UHGV virus genome: UHGV-0205834
Length of the DNA stretch: 36,952 nt
DNA from: a virus
Direction: 5' to 3' (one strand)
Shown here: one piece after another, positions 27,026-35,486 of the stretch
Numbering within the stretch: position 1 is the first letter of the stretch
How the letters are laid out: each line of letters opens with the position of its first letter
Notes under the pieces: model-generated
What the model was told of the DNA's origin: nothing
The model's database searches: none
The model's input: the letters and a program-made list of their open reading frames with translations, nothing else
Made by a program: the position numbers and the translations under genes

Positions 27026-28233
27026 TCATAATCTCTTCGCTATATCTGCTATCACTGGCACAGTCACACTGTTTCCAGCCTGCTTATAAAGCTGACTATC
27101 GCTGTTTACTTCTTTTGCTCGATCAAATGTCCAGTCTGGAAAACCTTGTAGACGCCAACATTCACGAGGTGTCAGTTTGCGGATTCTGTAATTATCCGTA
27201 ACTACTGCTTGCTCTTCGCCAGTTAACAAAGTATTTGCTATTCCCTTCCCAACCCTGCCGCGTCTTGTTTCAGAGTTTGGATGAGAAATATTCACACTGT
27301 CACCAGGTAAAGCTTCGGCGTATCCTTTTGTAGTAGCTTCTTTGATTAAAATTTTCGGTTCTTGACCTCCACCTTGCATAGTTGATAATGTGGGAGCTAT
27401 TCCTCCAGAATTGTATACTCTTGAATTTTGATCATGATTTCCAGGTAATTTCCCAGCAACCATTATTCCGTGTCTATCCTGTGCAGTTAGAGTAAACATT
27501 TCATCACCGTCATTTTTAAATCTTCTACCGTTTTGCCTTTTTTCTAAGCGATCAGGCGTAAGAACTGGTATCGCTACTTGTTTCTGCTGTTTACTTTCAA
27601 TAACGTACGATCCGACTCCCGCTGCTTCTCCATATCTTGCCGTGATTGTATTGACTGAACTTTGTTGTCTTTGTAACTCAACAAGCGGTTCGTCATTTCC
27701 TGAGAAAGGAAATATTTTTCTGGTACGTTCTCCTCTAAGATGTCCGATAATGAATACTCGCTCCCTGTTTTGTGGAACGTAGTCTTTAGAGTTAAGCACT
27801 TGCCATTCCACATCATACCCGAGTTCATCCAAGGCTCGGAGAATCGTCTCGAACGTAGCCCCTCCTTCGTGATTAAGGAATCCTGTACGTTCTCAAGGAA
27901 TAGATAGCGTGGTCTGAGAATAGATGCGAACCTTGCAATTTCAAAGAAGAGAGTTCCTCTAGTATCTTCGAAACCTTTTCGCTTTCCTGCAATTGAGAAA
28001 GCTTGGCACGGAAATCCGCCACAGATAACATCGACACTTCCGATTCCTCGAATAAACTCATCTGATACTGTTGTAATGTCATGCATTTCCACCTCTCCTT
28101 CTGTATCATGTATTGCTTTATAGCTATTTCTAGCGAATTTATCGATTTCACAGAATCCAACACATTCATGTCCAGCGGATTCCATACCTAATCTAAATCC
28201 GCCGATACCTGCGAATAAGTCTAAGAATTTCAT
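27026..28233 (-). pseudogene. C5-cytosine DNA methyltransferase (Dcm-like) interrupted by a frameshift near 27881-27888, possibly by additional compensating indels
   Basis: N-terminal piece (28233-27574) carries FAGIGG, GGFPCQ and LFLENV. After ENV the homology continues in another frame, entered after a TGA: GFLNHEGGATFETILRALDELGYDVEW…PQNRERVFIIG…RVYNSGGIAPTL…RKLTPRECWRLQGF…QAGNSVTVPV. Both frames are open across 27574-27832. Confidence 0.7.
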
Positions 28234-28433
28234 TTTTTTCTCTCTTTCCTAGTCACAATCATCGGTTCTGGCATAATCTGATCATCCTTTAGCAATGCAT
28301 CAGGATATTTTTTTCTTAGCTTCTTATTATTCGTATATGTTTTAAGCAACCATTGGCTTGCTTCACTCTTGCTTTCACCGGAAAAATAAATTTTCCCTGT
28401 TTGAATGCCTGCAAGTTGAATCATCATTTCCAC
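28230..28433 (-). CDS. hypothetical protein
   Basis: 67-aa ORF with stop-start overlap to the downstream gene. Tightly packed early operon. Confidence 0.4.
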   Translation of the reverse strand: MEMMIQLAGIQTGKIYFSGESKSEASQWLLKTYTNNKKLRKKYPDALLKDDQIMPEPMIVTRKERKK

Positions 28434-28434
28434 C

Positions 28435-28623
28435 TCAAATTAAATTTTTTTCTGATAAATGGAGCAAAAGCAATCCGACATCAAGAATCTTTTGATCCAT
28501 TATTTCAGCTACTTTGCTCGGCTTAACTCCTTGAGAAAAGAGCAAGCGTGCTTGCTCTATCTCTTCGTGAGTCCAAATAAATTTGGCTTCCTCAAGGATA
28601 ATTACTGGATCAGTTGCTCTCAT
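28435..28623 (-). CDS. hypothetical small protein
   Basis: 62-aa ORF packed between neighbours. Confidence 0.35.
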   Translation of the reverse strand: MRATDPVIILEEAKFIWTHEEIEQARLLFSQGVKPSKVAEIMDQKILDVGLLLLHLSEKNLI

Positions 28624-29195
28624 TGTTCCTCTGGAAAAATGATGTCGTCCTTATGTTTGGACCAGCTATCTGCATATGGAGCAAAGTATTGTCTAGCTAA
28701 TTCGATTTGATCAATTAAAGCAGTCTCTGATAATTCATGATCTGCAGCAATTTCATTCATACTGTCGCCTTCATCTAAACGGATAAGAACGTCTCGAATA
28801 TTTACGGTGACATTTTCTGGTAGTTGTAATGTCGTTGCTGTTTTAATAAATTCATCAATTGTTTCTTTTGATACTAGGATAGTTACATTTTCAACTTCTT
28901 CTACGCCATCGCCGACATCAAGTGAAGTCTGCTCTTCTTTGAGCATTTCGATTGTGCCATCTGAATTCACAACATATTCAATATTTGGTTTCTTCGTTTG
29001 CTTGTTTACTGGCACTGTGTATTCGATTGTTTCTGGTTGAATTACTACAGTCACAGTTGAGCCAAGAAATTCAGTTAAATTTTCAGTACTACCTCTCAAT
29101 GATCCGTTGCTAACAACTAGTAATACTTCTGTGTTCCCATTTGATTTTGATGTTACTTTCTTTAATTCTGGTCTGAAATTCACCTGTTTTGTCAT
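28620..29195 (-). CDS. hypothetical protein with C-terminal HTH-like segment
   Basis: 191 aa. C-terminal …NIRDVLIRLDEGDSMNEIAADHELSETALIDQIELAR resembles a sigma-region-4 type HTH. Confidence 0.4.
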   Translation of the reverse strand: MTKQVNFRPELKKVTSKSNGNTEVLLVVSNGSLRGSTENLTEFLGSTVTVVIQPETIEYTVPVNKQTKKPNIEYVVNSDGTIEMLKEEQTSLDVGDGVEEVENVTILVSKETIDEFIKTATTLQLPENVTVNIRDVLIRLDEGDSMNEIAADHELSETALIDQIELARQYFAPYADSWSKHKDDIIFPEEQ

Positions 29196-29196
29196 T

Positions 29197-29652
29197 TTAT
29201 TTTCCCTCCATTAATTTCTTTTTTCTTCGTTCCGTTTGTCTTTTCCGCTGCTGTCTTGCTGATTCAAAGCAGTCCATTTCAATAAACTTATTGATTTTTG
29301 AATCAAACTTAGCAAATGTCACTGGAAAGCCATATCGATGAGCAAACATCTTCATTTTGAGCATAGAGATTGCATCTTGATAACCTTTGACATCAATCAC
29401 TTTTTTCACTTGGCCATTCTCATAAATCACAAAATCAGCTCGATAATAAATCGGTGCAATCTTACGATCATTGCATAGATACCCTTCTTGCAGCAGAACA
29501 TTTTCTTGCATGGCACAGTAAGTTTCAGATAATGGCATAAAACTCATACCGTTTCGTTTTAACTTCATGTAATAACGAGCTTCTGCTTTAGAATCAAAAG
29601 TGATGCCGTCTACTTCGTGCTTTTTGTTTCCGTATTTGCTTCTTGTTGCCAT
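29197..29652 (-). CDS. DUF1064-like phage protein (putative nuclease fold)
   Basis: 151 aa. N-terminal SKYGNKKHEVDGITFDSKAEARYY and …YRADFVIYENG…IDVKG motifs, as in phage proteins commonly found beside DnaC-like genes. Confidence 0.45.
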   Translation of the reverse strand: MATRSKYGNKKHEVDGITFDSKAEARYYMKLKRNGMSFMPLSETYCAMQENVLLQEGYLCNDRKIAPIYYRADFVIYENGQVKKVIDVKGYQDAISMLKMKMFAHRYGFPVTFAKFDSKINKFIEMDCFESARQQRKRQTERRKKKLMEGK

Positions 29653-29816
29653 TTGCTATGCTCCTTCTTTAGTCTTTCGAGTCTTTCTTTCGAACGTCGT
29701 CCATTGTCATTGCATATTGGACAAGGTTCACAGGTTGACCATCCAAGTGATGTCTTATACCAAATAACTGTTTCATCGTTGCATTTTAAACAAGTCATTT
29801 TGCACCTCTCATCCAT
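29610..29816 (-). CDS. small Cys-rich (zinc-ribbon-like) protein
   Basis: 68 aa with CLKCN…CEPCPIC. Confidence 0.35.
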   Translation of the reverse strand: MDERCKMTCLKCNDETVIWYKTSLGWSTCEPCPICNDNGRRSKERLERLKKEHSKWQQEANTETKSTK

Positions 29817-30037
29817 GCTTGGTTACTTTTCGGACAACAACACTCTTTTTTCACTGGCTTTGTCTTAGGTTTTGAAAATCGGCTTTTGGGTTTAATAACT
29901 TCGACTACTTCGCCGCCACAAACACTTGCAACAAGGTCAGCCTCTTCTTTAGTCGTGTGGTGTTTAGCAAACTCGACACTGGCTTCTCCTCGTCCTCGGC
30001 TATCTAAGTAGCACATTTTTTTCACTACAAAGGTCAA
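29795..30037 (-). CDS. hypothetical small protein
   Basis: 80-aa ORF overlapping neighbours by 4-22 nt. Confidence 0.35.
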   Translation of the reverse strand: MTFVVKKMCYLDSRGRGEASVEFAKHHTTKEEADLVASVCGGEVVEVIKPKSRFSKPKTKPVKKECCCPKSNQAWMRGAK

Positions 30038-30888
30038 ACTGGATTCCTCCTTTTGTCTGTTGTTGTTTTGAATACGGCTATGTTTCCTTTTGTCCCGTTC
30101 ATTACACGAGAGAACACTCGCTCGCCGTATGCGTGTTTTAATTGCTTTGATGATAAATTGGTCGTGAATATCGTAGCTTTGTTTAGACGAGCTTCTGTGA
30201 GTGATGTGAGAACATCGACATCGTATAGTGTTGCTTGATTGTTTTCTTCCATTCGACCTAGCTCCGCACCTAAATCATCAATCACCACAAAATCCGTCTT
30301 TTTTATTTCAGCCATCAACGATCCTGTCACAGCTTTTCTTGCTTCTGGATCATTCATTGCAAACTTCAATTGCTCTAATAATTCTCGGTAGCTTATAAAT
30401 GAACAGGCAATTTTATAATTAGATGCCCTCATCACTTCTTTGATCACTGCAGCACCTAAATGAGTTTTTCCAGCTCCTGTTCTACCAGTAATAACCGCGT
30501 GAATCGTGCTACCACTTACGATTTTTTTAGCCCATTCTTGAGCCATTCCTTTTATTTGTGCTGTTTCCTGATCGACTACTTTGTATCCATCAAAATCAAA
30601 GGTCCATATGGCATCATCTGTAATCATTGAACTGTTAAGCATTCGATTGATAGCGTCCTTTTTCATTGCTTCATTCGCTTTTTGGATAGCTTCTTTTTGA
30701 TTTTTAGTTACCATTTCTCGATAACCACAAATCTTATTGATACATGTAGGACCGCAACGATCAGTACCATCTTTATTTTTTGTTTTCCAGATATACAATG
30801 GATCACCACATTTCGGGCAATTATGATCTGCTGTTTTTAATCCGCCGTAAGGTGCAGCCATTGCACTTAGTTTTTTATCCATTACCAA
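30034..30888 (-). CDS. DnaC/IstB-like helicase loader ATPase with N-terminal zinc finger
   Basis: 284 aa. Walker A ITGRTGAGKTHLGAAV. N-terminal CPKCG…C…C. Follows the replisome organizer. Confidence 0.8.
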   Translation of the reverse strand: MVMDKKLSAMAAPYGGLKTADHNCPKCGDPLYIWKTKNKDGTDRCGPTCINKICGYREMVTKNQKEAIQKANEAMKKDAINRMLNSSMITDDAIWTFDFDGYKVVDQETAQIKGMAQEWAKKIVSGSTIHAVITGRTGAGKTHLGAAVIKEVMRASNYKIACSFISYRELLEQLKFAMNDPEARKAVTGSLMAEIKKTDFVVIDDLGAELGRMEENNQATLYDVDVLTSLTEARLNKATIFTTNLSSKQLKHAYGERVFSRVMNGTKGNIAVFKTTTDKRRNPV

Positions 30889-31658
30889 TCCTCACCTGTT
30901 TCTGGTAACTCATCATTAGAAATATTTTGTTGCTTTCTTTTATTTTTTTGGATAGCCATCTTATCGAAATGCTTTCTTAAGCTAGTCGGTGATAAAATCA
31001 CTCCAGACCAAAAATCATTACTAGTAGCCCACACAATCATGTCTTGAACTTCTCTACCAGTTCGTTTGTCAGATTCAATTGTTAAACGAATCGTATTCGC
31101 CCATTTATCCAAATCAGGTTCTTTGATGTTTTGATTTTTTCGAATGAGTTTTAATAAAAGAATGGCTAATTTTTTATTTGGATCATCATCTGCGTACACG
31201 CGTTTTTTGCGTGTTGCGACATAATTATTATTCTTTTCATTCTTCTCATTCTTTTCATTCTTGTTTATGTTCAGTTCGTTGTCCTTTTGATGTTCAGCAC
31301 GTTGTTCAGTCTGTTGTTTTTTTTCTTCCGAAAACCCTTGATAAATGGCGTAGTTATTGACTTTATACGTTGTTCCATTTTTCCTGCTTTTTTCAATGCT
31401 TATCATGTCATCTTCAACAAGTAGGCTTAAAAATTTTCTGACAGTATTTCTACTTACTCCCCAACGTTCAGCCAATTTTTGTTCTGAAGTAATTCTTTCC
31501 CCAACATCAACTTTTTTAAATGAACCATTAAAAAGAATTTTCTTTTCTTTGTGGTTGGCCATTAGAATTAAATCAAGCCACCACTTTAGATATTGCGGAT
31601 TATCCCATATCCAATTTTCAGTTATAGAACGGTGAAGCTTGACCCATCCTTCAGCCAT
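30882..31658 (-). CDS. phage replisome organizer (DnaD-like) with embedded iteron origin
   Basis: 258 aa. N-terminus MAEGWVKLHRSITENWIWDNPQYLKWW is typical of replisome-organizer N-domains. Internal NEKNEKNEKN is encoded by the DNA iterons. Confidence 0.75.
   Translation of the reverse strand: MAEGWVKLHRSITENWIWDNPQYLKWWLDLILMANHKEKKILFNGSFKKVDVGERITSEQKLAERWGVSRNTVRKFLSLLVEDDMISIEKSRKNGTTYKVNNYAIYQGFSEEKKQQTEQRAEHQKDNELNINKNEKNEKNEKNNNYVATRKKRVYADDDPNKKLAILLLKLIRKNQNIKEPDLDKWANTIRLTIESDKRTGREVQDMIVWATSNDFWSGVILSPTSLRKHFDKMAIQKNKRKQQNISNDELPETGEDW
31230..31310. repeat. putative origin of replication: 4 tandem 9-bp iterons ATTCTT(T/C)TC (31230-31265) followed by 3 copies of TGTTCAG (31268, 31291, 31303)
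   Basis: Direct tandem repeats inside the replisome-organizer gene, an arrangement known for phage oris in Firmicutes siphoviruses. Confidence 0.5.
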
Positions 31659-31673
31659 ATAATCACCACCGTT

Positions 31674-32525
31674 CTATAAATCGTCCATACTAGTGAATCC
31701 AGTAATTGGAAGATTACCTCTACAGTACTCACATGTACCACAAGGCGTTGGTCTTTCTTCACCATTTTTCACTCTGACAATTCGCTCAATTTTTTCTTTT
31801 AATAAGACAAGTTCGTAATTCATTTTGTCTTGTTCAATGGTTATAAGTCTTGCTTCACTTGGTGTTTGTTTAGAAACTGCTGCAATAATCGGTGTAAACG
31901 TCTTTCCGTATTGCTGTAAAAGTAATTCCTGATATATAGCCATTTGAAGTACATATCCAAAATTAACTAGGAATGTTTCTCTTGATCCGTAATTTTCGTT
32001 CCATTTCCTCTCGTGCATGTCTTTGGTTGTTTTGATATCAACAAAATACTCATCCTCAACATTCAAGCAATCAATCTTGCCTTTCCATGTCGTTCCAAAT
32101 AGTTCCCCAGTCACAATCGTTTCCTTTTCCCCTTGATAGATGTTCATGAACACTTCTTCTTGTTTAAGTCGATCAATCATTTGTTCAGCGATCTGGAAAT
32201 CTTTCAATAATCCATAAGGCTTCCGACTAGAAAACATTTTGGATTTATTTTCTTCTTTGAACGCTTCATGTACTTCTTTTGACTCAAAATAAGAATGTAC
32301 GTAGTTTCCTACGAGCAAAGCTTTAGGATCCGACGTCGGTGCCCAATCGCCTTTCAACTTTGCTAAGGCTGCGGCTTCACATTTTAAAAAGGATTTATAT
32401 TGTGATGTTGACATGTACTGCCAGTCAGCTTCATTGGAGTAATAATTCTCATCAGAAAGGGTACTCATCGGCTTCAAATTCTGAGACATCATCTGCACCT
32501 TCCTCACGTCCGAAATCTGGAACAT
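31674..32525 (-). CDS. PD-(D/E)XK family nuclease with C-terminal Cys cluster (recombination exonuclease partner of RecT)
   Basis: 283 aa. …GKIDCLNVEDEYFVDIKTTKD… fits the D…(D/E)xK motif. C-terminal CGTCEYC. Adjacent to RecT. Confidence 0.6.
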   Translation of the reverse strand: MFQISDVRKVQMMSQNLKPMSTLSDENYYSNEADWQYMSTSQYKSFLKCEAAALAKLKGDWAPTSDPKALLVGNYVHSYFESKEVHEAFKEENKSKMFSSRKPYGLLKDFQIAEQMIDRLKQEEVFMNIYQGEKETIVTGELFGTTWKGKIDCLNVEDEYFVDIKTTKDMHERKWNENYGSRETFLVNFGYVLQMAIYQELLLQQYGKTFTPIIAAVSKQTPSEARLITIEQDKMNYELVLLKEKIERIVRVKNGEERPTPCGTCEYCRGNLPITGFTSMDDL

Positions 32526-33474
32526 CTAATAATTCTTCTTGAATCGGATCGGTATCCTCATTTTCGATTAAATGTGCTTGTTCTATTTCTGGATGGCCAG
32601 GTACGTCAGCAATTCGAGTTACTTCATTTTGGATATCATCTGGAATCACAATCGGATCTGGTTCTTTTTGTATTGGTTCAGTAATCTTTTTATTTGAAAA
32701 GAATTTTTGCTCGAGAGTAGCCACTTTTTCTGTTTGTGGCGTTACATCTTTCCGATTATTGTCAAATTCATTTTCTAACGTATCTTTTGCAGCTTGAACT
32801 AATAAATCGTTGTCGTTGCTTGTGTTGATTAATGCTTTAGCTGCCCGATTGATTACTGTCCGTTTAGCCATCTCTTCTGGAAATTCCTTTTGCGGTCCGG
32901 AACCTTTCATTTTTGACTTCGCCCAGCTTTGGTCAATTTGCTTTTTCGTCATGACTGTTGTGGTCTCTTTACCATTCGTTAACTTGATAACTACATAGGC
33001 TGCAATGATTTCATTGTCTAAATTCTCAAATTTTGTTTCATGCTTTTTGACAACCATGTTTGGTCCATCCATTGCAACTTCAAACTCATCACCTTGTCGA
33101 ACGACTACAGGCGTAATATCTGCCCCTCCAGTTACACGATCAAGGACCGCCATTGTTCCAAAATATGAACGCATTAGCTGAACTTTGTTTCCGTATTTAA
33201 TGAAATAGCATTGTTTTTTTGCTGGAGATAACCCTTGAATAACCATGTCTAAAAGTGCATTAGAAATGGAGGTTTTCATTTCTTGATTGTTTGCAGCCAT
33301 CTGCAACAAATTTCCTCCTGTATTATTAGTGAGTTCAAAAAAAGCACTTTTTAACGCATTTTGTGGACTGTAACCTGGTGGCATTTCTAAGCCCTGTTCT
33401 TGTAACCGACCAAGATTACTAATCACCTGCTCGTCTAATGAACGTTGTGTTGTTTGTGTTAAATCATTTGCCAT
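32452..33474 (-). CDS. recT: RecT-family single-strand annealing recombinase
   Basis: 340 aa. CYFIKYGNKVQLMRSYFG…VVVRQGDEFE resembles the conserved RecT core (CYLIPYGN…QIGYKG…VVYEGDEF). Acidic C-terminal tail. Confidence 0.7.
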   Translation of the reverse strand: MANDLTQTTQRSLDEQVISNLGRLQEQGLEMPPGYSPQNALKSAFFELTNNTGGNLLQMAANNQEMKTSISNALLDMVIQGLSPAKKQCYFIKYGNKVQLMRSYFGTMAVLDRVTGGADITPVVVRQGDEFEVAMDGPNMVVKKHETKFENLDNEIIAAYVVIKLTNGKETTTVMTKKQIDQSWAKSKMKGSGPQKEFPEEMAKRTVINRAAKALINTSNDNDLLVQAAKDTLENEFDNNRKDVTPQTEKVATLEQKFFSNKKITEPIQKEPDPIVIPDDIQNEVTRIADVPGHPEIEQAHLIENEDTDPIQEELLDVPDFGREEGADDVSEFEADEYPF

Positions 33475-33527
33475 ATTTTATTCTCCTTTATTTTTGCTAT
33501 ACTTATTTTGAAAGTGAGGCGATAAAA

Positions 33528-33878
33528 ATGTATAAATTGAAAAAAGACAACTATAATGAGCTTTCTGGAATATGTCGCTCAGTAATGCAGAACATTAAAG
33601 ATTTAGAGGAAGGTAGTAAAATGGACTTATTCGATCCTCGTATTAGTGATGAAGAATATCATTTATACTCATCTGTTCTTAAAAGCTATAACTCTTTAGG
33701 AAATCAGTTGCTCAGTAATTGGGAAACCTTAAAATTTTATGATATAGACGCTTTTTTCACTAAACTGAGTACGTATGTCGAATATTTGGATATATTCATC
33801 AAAGAACCAACTATAGAAAATCAGTTGAGATTAACGTCTATTTACGACAGTCTCGATAAGCTTAATCAGCGTATTTAA
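33528..33878 (+). CDS. hypothetical protein encoded antisense to the early operon (moron / candidate accessory gene)
   Basis: 116 aa from ATG 33528 (RBS AAGTGAGG). Only a 53-bp divergent gap to recT. Convergent with and overlapping the next - gene by 17 nt. Confidence 0.45.
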   Translation: MYKLKKDNYNELSGICRSVMQNIKDLEEGSKMDLFDPRISDEEYHLYSSVLKSYNSLGNQLLSNWETLKFYDIDAFFTKLSTYVEYLDIFIKEPTIENQLRLTSIYDSLDKLNQRI

Positions 33879-34461
33879 GATCATCACCTGCAAAAACAAT
33901 CAGAATCACATCTGTCAGAATTTGTCCGATATGAAAATTTTCATCGAATCCATCGGATGGAGTTTCTCTTCTAAATTCATTTAATTTTTTGTGTAAAAAA
34001 ACCAGTTCTTCTTCTTTCATTGAGGGGAGAAGTTCTTTTTTTGATGTCAGAATTTTATTGAAAAACTCTTTGCTTAGTTCCCGCAATTCTTTTTCTAATT
34101 TTCCAGGTAAATCAGGATCAATTGTTAACTCGGCACTTTCCAAATCTTCGCTTGTTACGTTGATATCTTCCTTTTTAGGTTCATTAATTGGTTCAGCTTG
34201 TTTTTCTTTAAATGGATTCTCTTTTTTCAATAAATTTTGATAAAAACTCTCATCTACCATAATGAGGGCCTTTCTCGTTTGGTCATAACTTGCCCCATTT
34301 TCTTTTACAACCTTTTTTATTTCCTTAAATAGACCTATTGTTTTTTCATCAGCGATGGTTGTTGGATTTCCTACAAGCGTACGGCCAGCGGTGAAGCCGT
34401 CTAAGTTTAATCGTTTAATATGATTCACAATATCTAAATCAATACGTGTACTTTTGCCCAT
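33862..34461 (-). CDS. hypothetical charged protein (early region)
   Basis: 199 aa, Lys/Glu-rich, no motif recognised. Confidence 0.45.
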   Translation of the reverse strand: MGKSTRIDLDIVNHIKRLNLDGFTAGRTLVGNPTTIADEKTIGLFKEIKKVVKENGASYDQTRKALIMVDESFYQNLLKKENPFKEKQAEPINEPKKEDINVTSEDLESAELTIDPDLPGKLEKELRELSKEFFNKILTSKKELLPSMKEEELVFLHKKLNEFRRETPSDGFDENFHIGQILTDVILIVFAGDDLKYAD

Positions 34462-34462
34462 C

Positions 34463-34666
34463 CTAAATTCCTCCTAGTTCAAATTTTGGATAATGTTGTT
34501 GCGCATACTCTAGAATGTCGTCTACTGGTACATAGCCTTCTTCTGTTAGATAGCAAGTATCACCTGGATACAACGGATTTCCTTGCCAATCAACTCCGAC
34601 AGGACTAGCTTCATTTGGTAGTTGCTGTCTGGCACCTAAAGAATCAAATTCTTTCATCGTGATCAC
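34463..34666 (-). CDS. hypothetical small protein
   Basis: 67 aa, start adjacent to the upstream gene's stop. Confidence 0.35.
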   Translation of the reverse strand: MITMKEFDSLGARQQLPNEASPVGVDWQGNPLYPGDTCYLTEEGYVPVDDILEYAQQHYPKFELGGI

Positions 34667-34891
34667 CTAAAATTCCCAAAATAATTTGACACTTCCATCT
34701 TCACATTGGATATTTGAAACACCTTCGCTTTCTAGTGCTGCTAGAAATGATGGTGTAAATCCTTTTGAACAAACAGTGCAACTCGTTTGTCCATAGCTTG
34801 CTGCAGTCAAGATTTTTTCTTGGATATCTTGTTGCGCTTTATTCATCATTACTTCGAATATTTCATCGCCTAGTCCTTTAACTGAGATCAT
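34667..34891 (-). CDS. hypothetical small protein
   Basis: 74 aa, abuts neighbours. Confidence 0.35.
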   Translation of the reverse strand: MISVKGLGDEIFEVMMNKAQQDIQEKILTAASYGQTSCTVCSKGFTPSFLAALESEGVSNIQCEDGSVKLFWEF

Positions 34892-35259
34892 CAGAATTTG
34901 ATACCACCTTTCTTGCGGTCCATTTTCTCTGCAAAACTAAAAAATTCCTGGCACCATTCCTCAAACTCAGCATCTTCTTCGTCAATGTCAAACATACATC
35001 TTAAAGCACTGTGAGTTTCGCAATTGCAATTATTCTTCCGCAAGTCATATTTTGTTTTTTCATATTGTTGGTAAACACTTAATGCAACCAAGCCATCGTT
35101 TCCAGCTTGAGCAAGAGCAACTTCCCCTTTTTCATCGACTACACTAACTGACATTCCTAGATCATCATTCGCACATTCATGCGCTAACTTTTTGATTAAA
35201 TTTTGGATTTTTTTATTCATTGTGATAAACTCTCCTTGATAGCTTATTTCTTTTGACAC
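34891..35259 (-). CDS. hypothetical protein with Cys/His cluster
   Basis: 122 aa. …CNCETHSALRC… and acidic C-terminus. Confidence 0.4.
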   Translation of the reverse strand: MSKEISYQGEFITMNKKIQNLIKKLAHECANDDLGMSVSVVDEKGEVALAQAGNDGLVALSVYQQYEKTKYDLRKNNCNCETHSALRCMFDIDEEDAEFEEWCQEFFSFAEKMDRKKGGIKF

Positions 35260-35261
35260 GA

Positions 35262-35474
35262 CTATGCTTGCCGGCGGTCGTGTCTTTTTTTAGTTTGATA
35301 TTCAGCTTCATCTAACCCTGCGAACATCCAAACGAGGTAGACAATTACCCCGATCAAAGCTTGTTTACTTCCCCAGACACTCAGCAGATAAATAATGATT
35401 GGCGCACTGAATACGATTGTTGTATTTAGTTTGTCCATAAATTCCCCTTCTTTACTGTCATTATTTCCGAACAC
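35262..35474 (-). CDS. small membrane protein
   Basis: 70 aa in the track. The likely start is Met13 at 35438, with RBS AAGGGG. Two hydrophobic helices. Confidence 0.4.
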   Translation of the reverse strand: MFGNNDSKEGEFMDKLNTTIVFSAPIIIYLLSVWGSKQALIGVIVYLVWMFAGLDEAEYQTKKRHDRRQA

Positions 35475-35486
35475 TTACCCGATATT

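Noticed and set aside
27574-27885. Treating the 104-codon downstream extension of the N-terminal MTase fragment as an independent protein
   Set aside because: The Dcm homology switches frame right after ENV. The extension is an out-of-frame read, albeit with a suspicious Dcm-like stretch. I report it as part of a frameshifted pseudogene instead.
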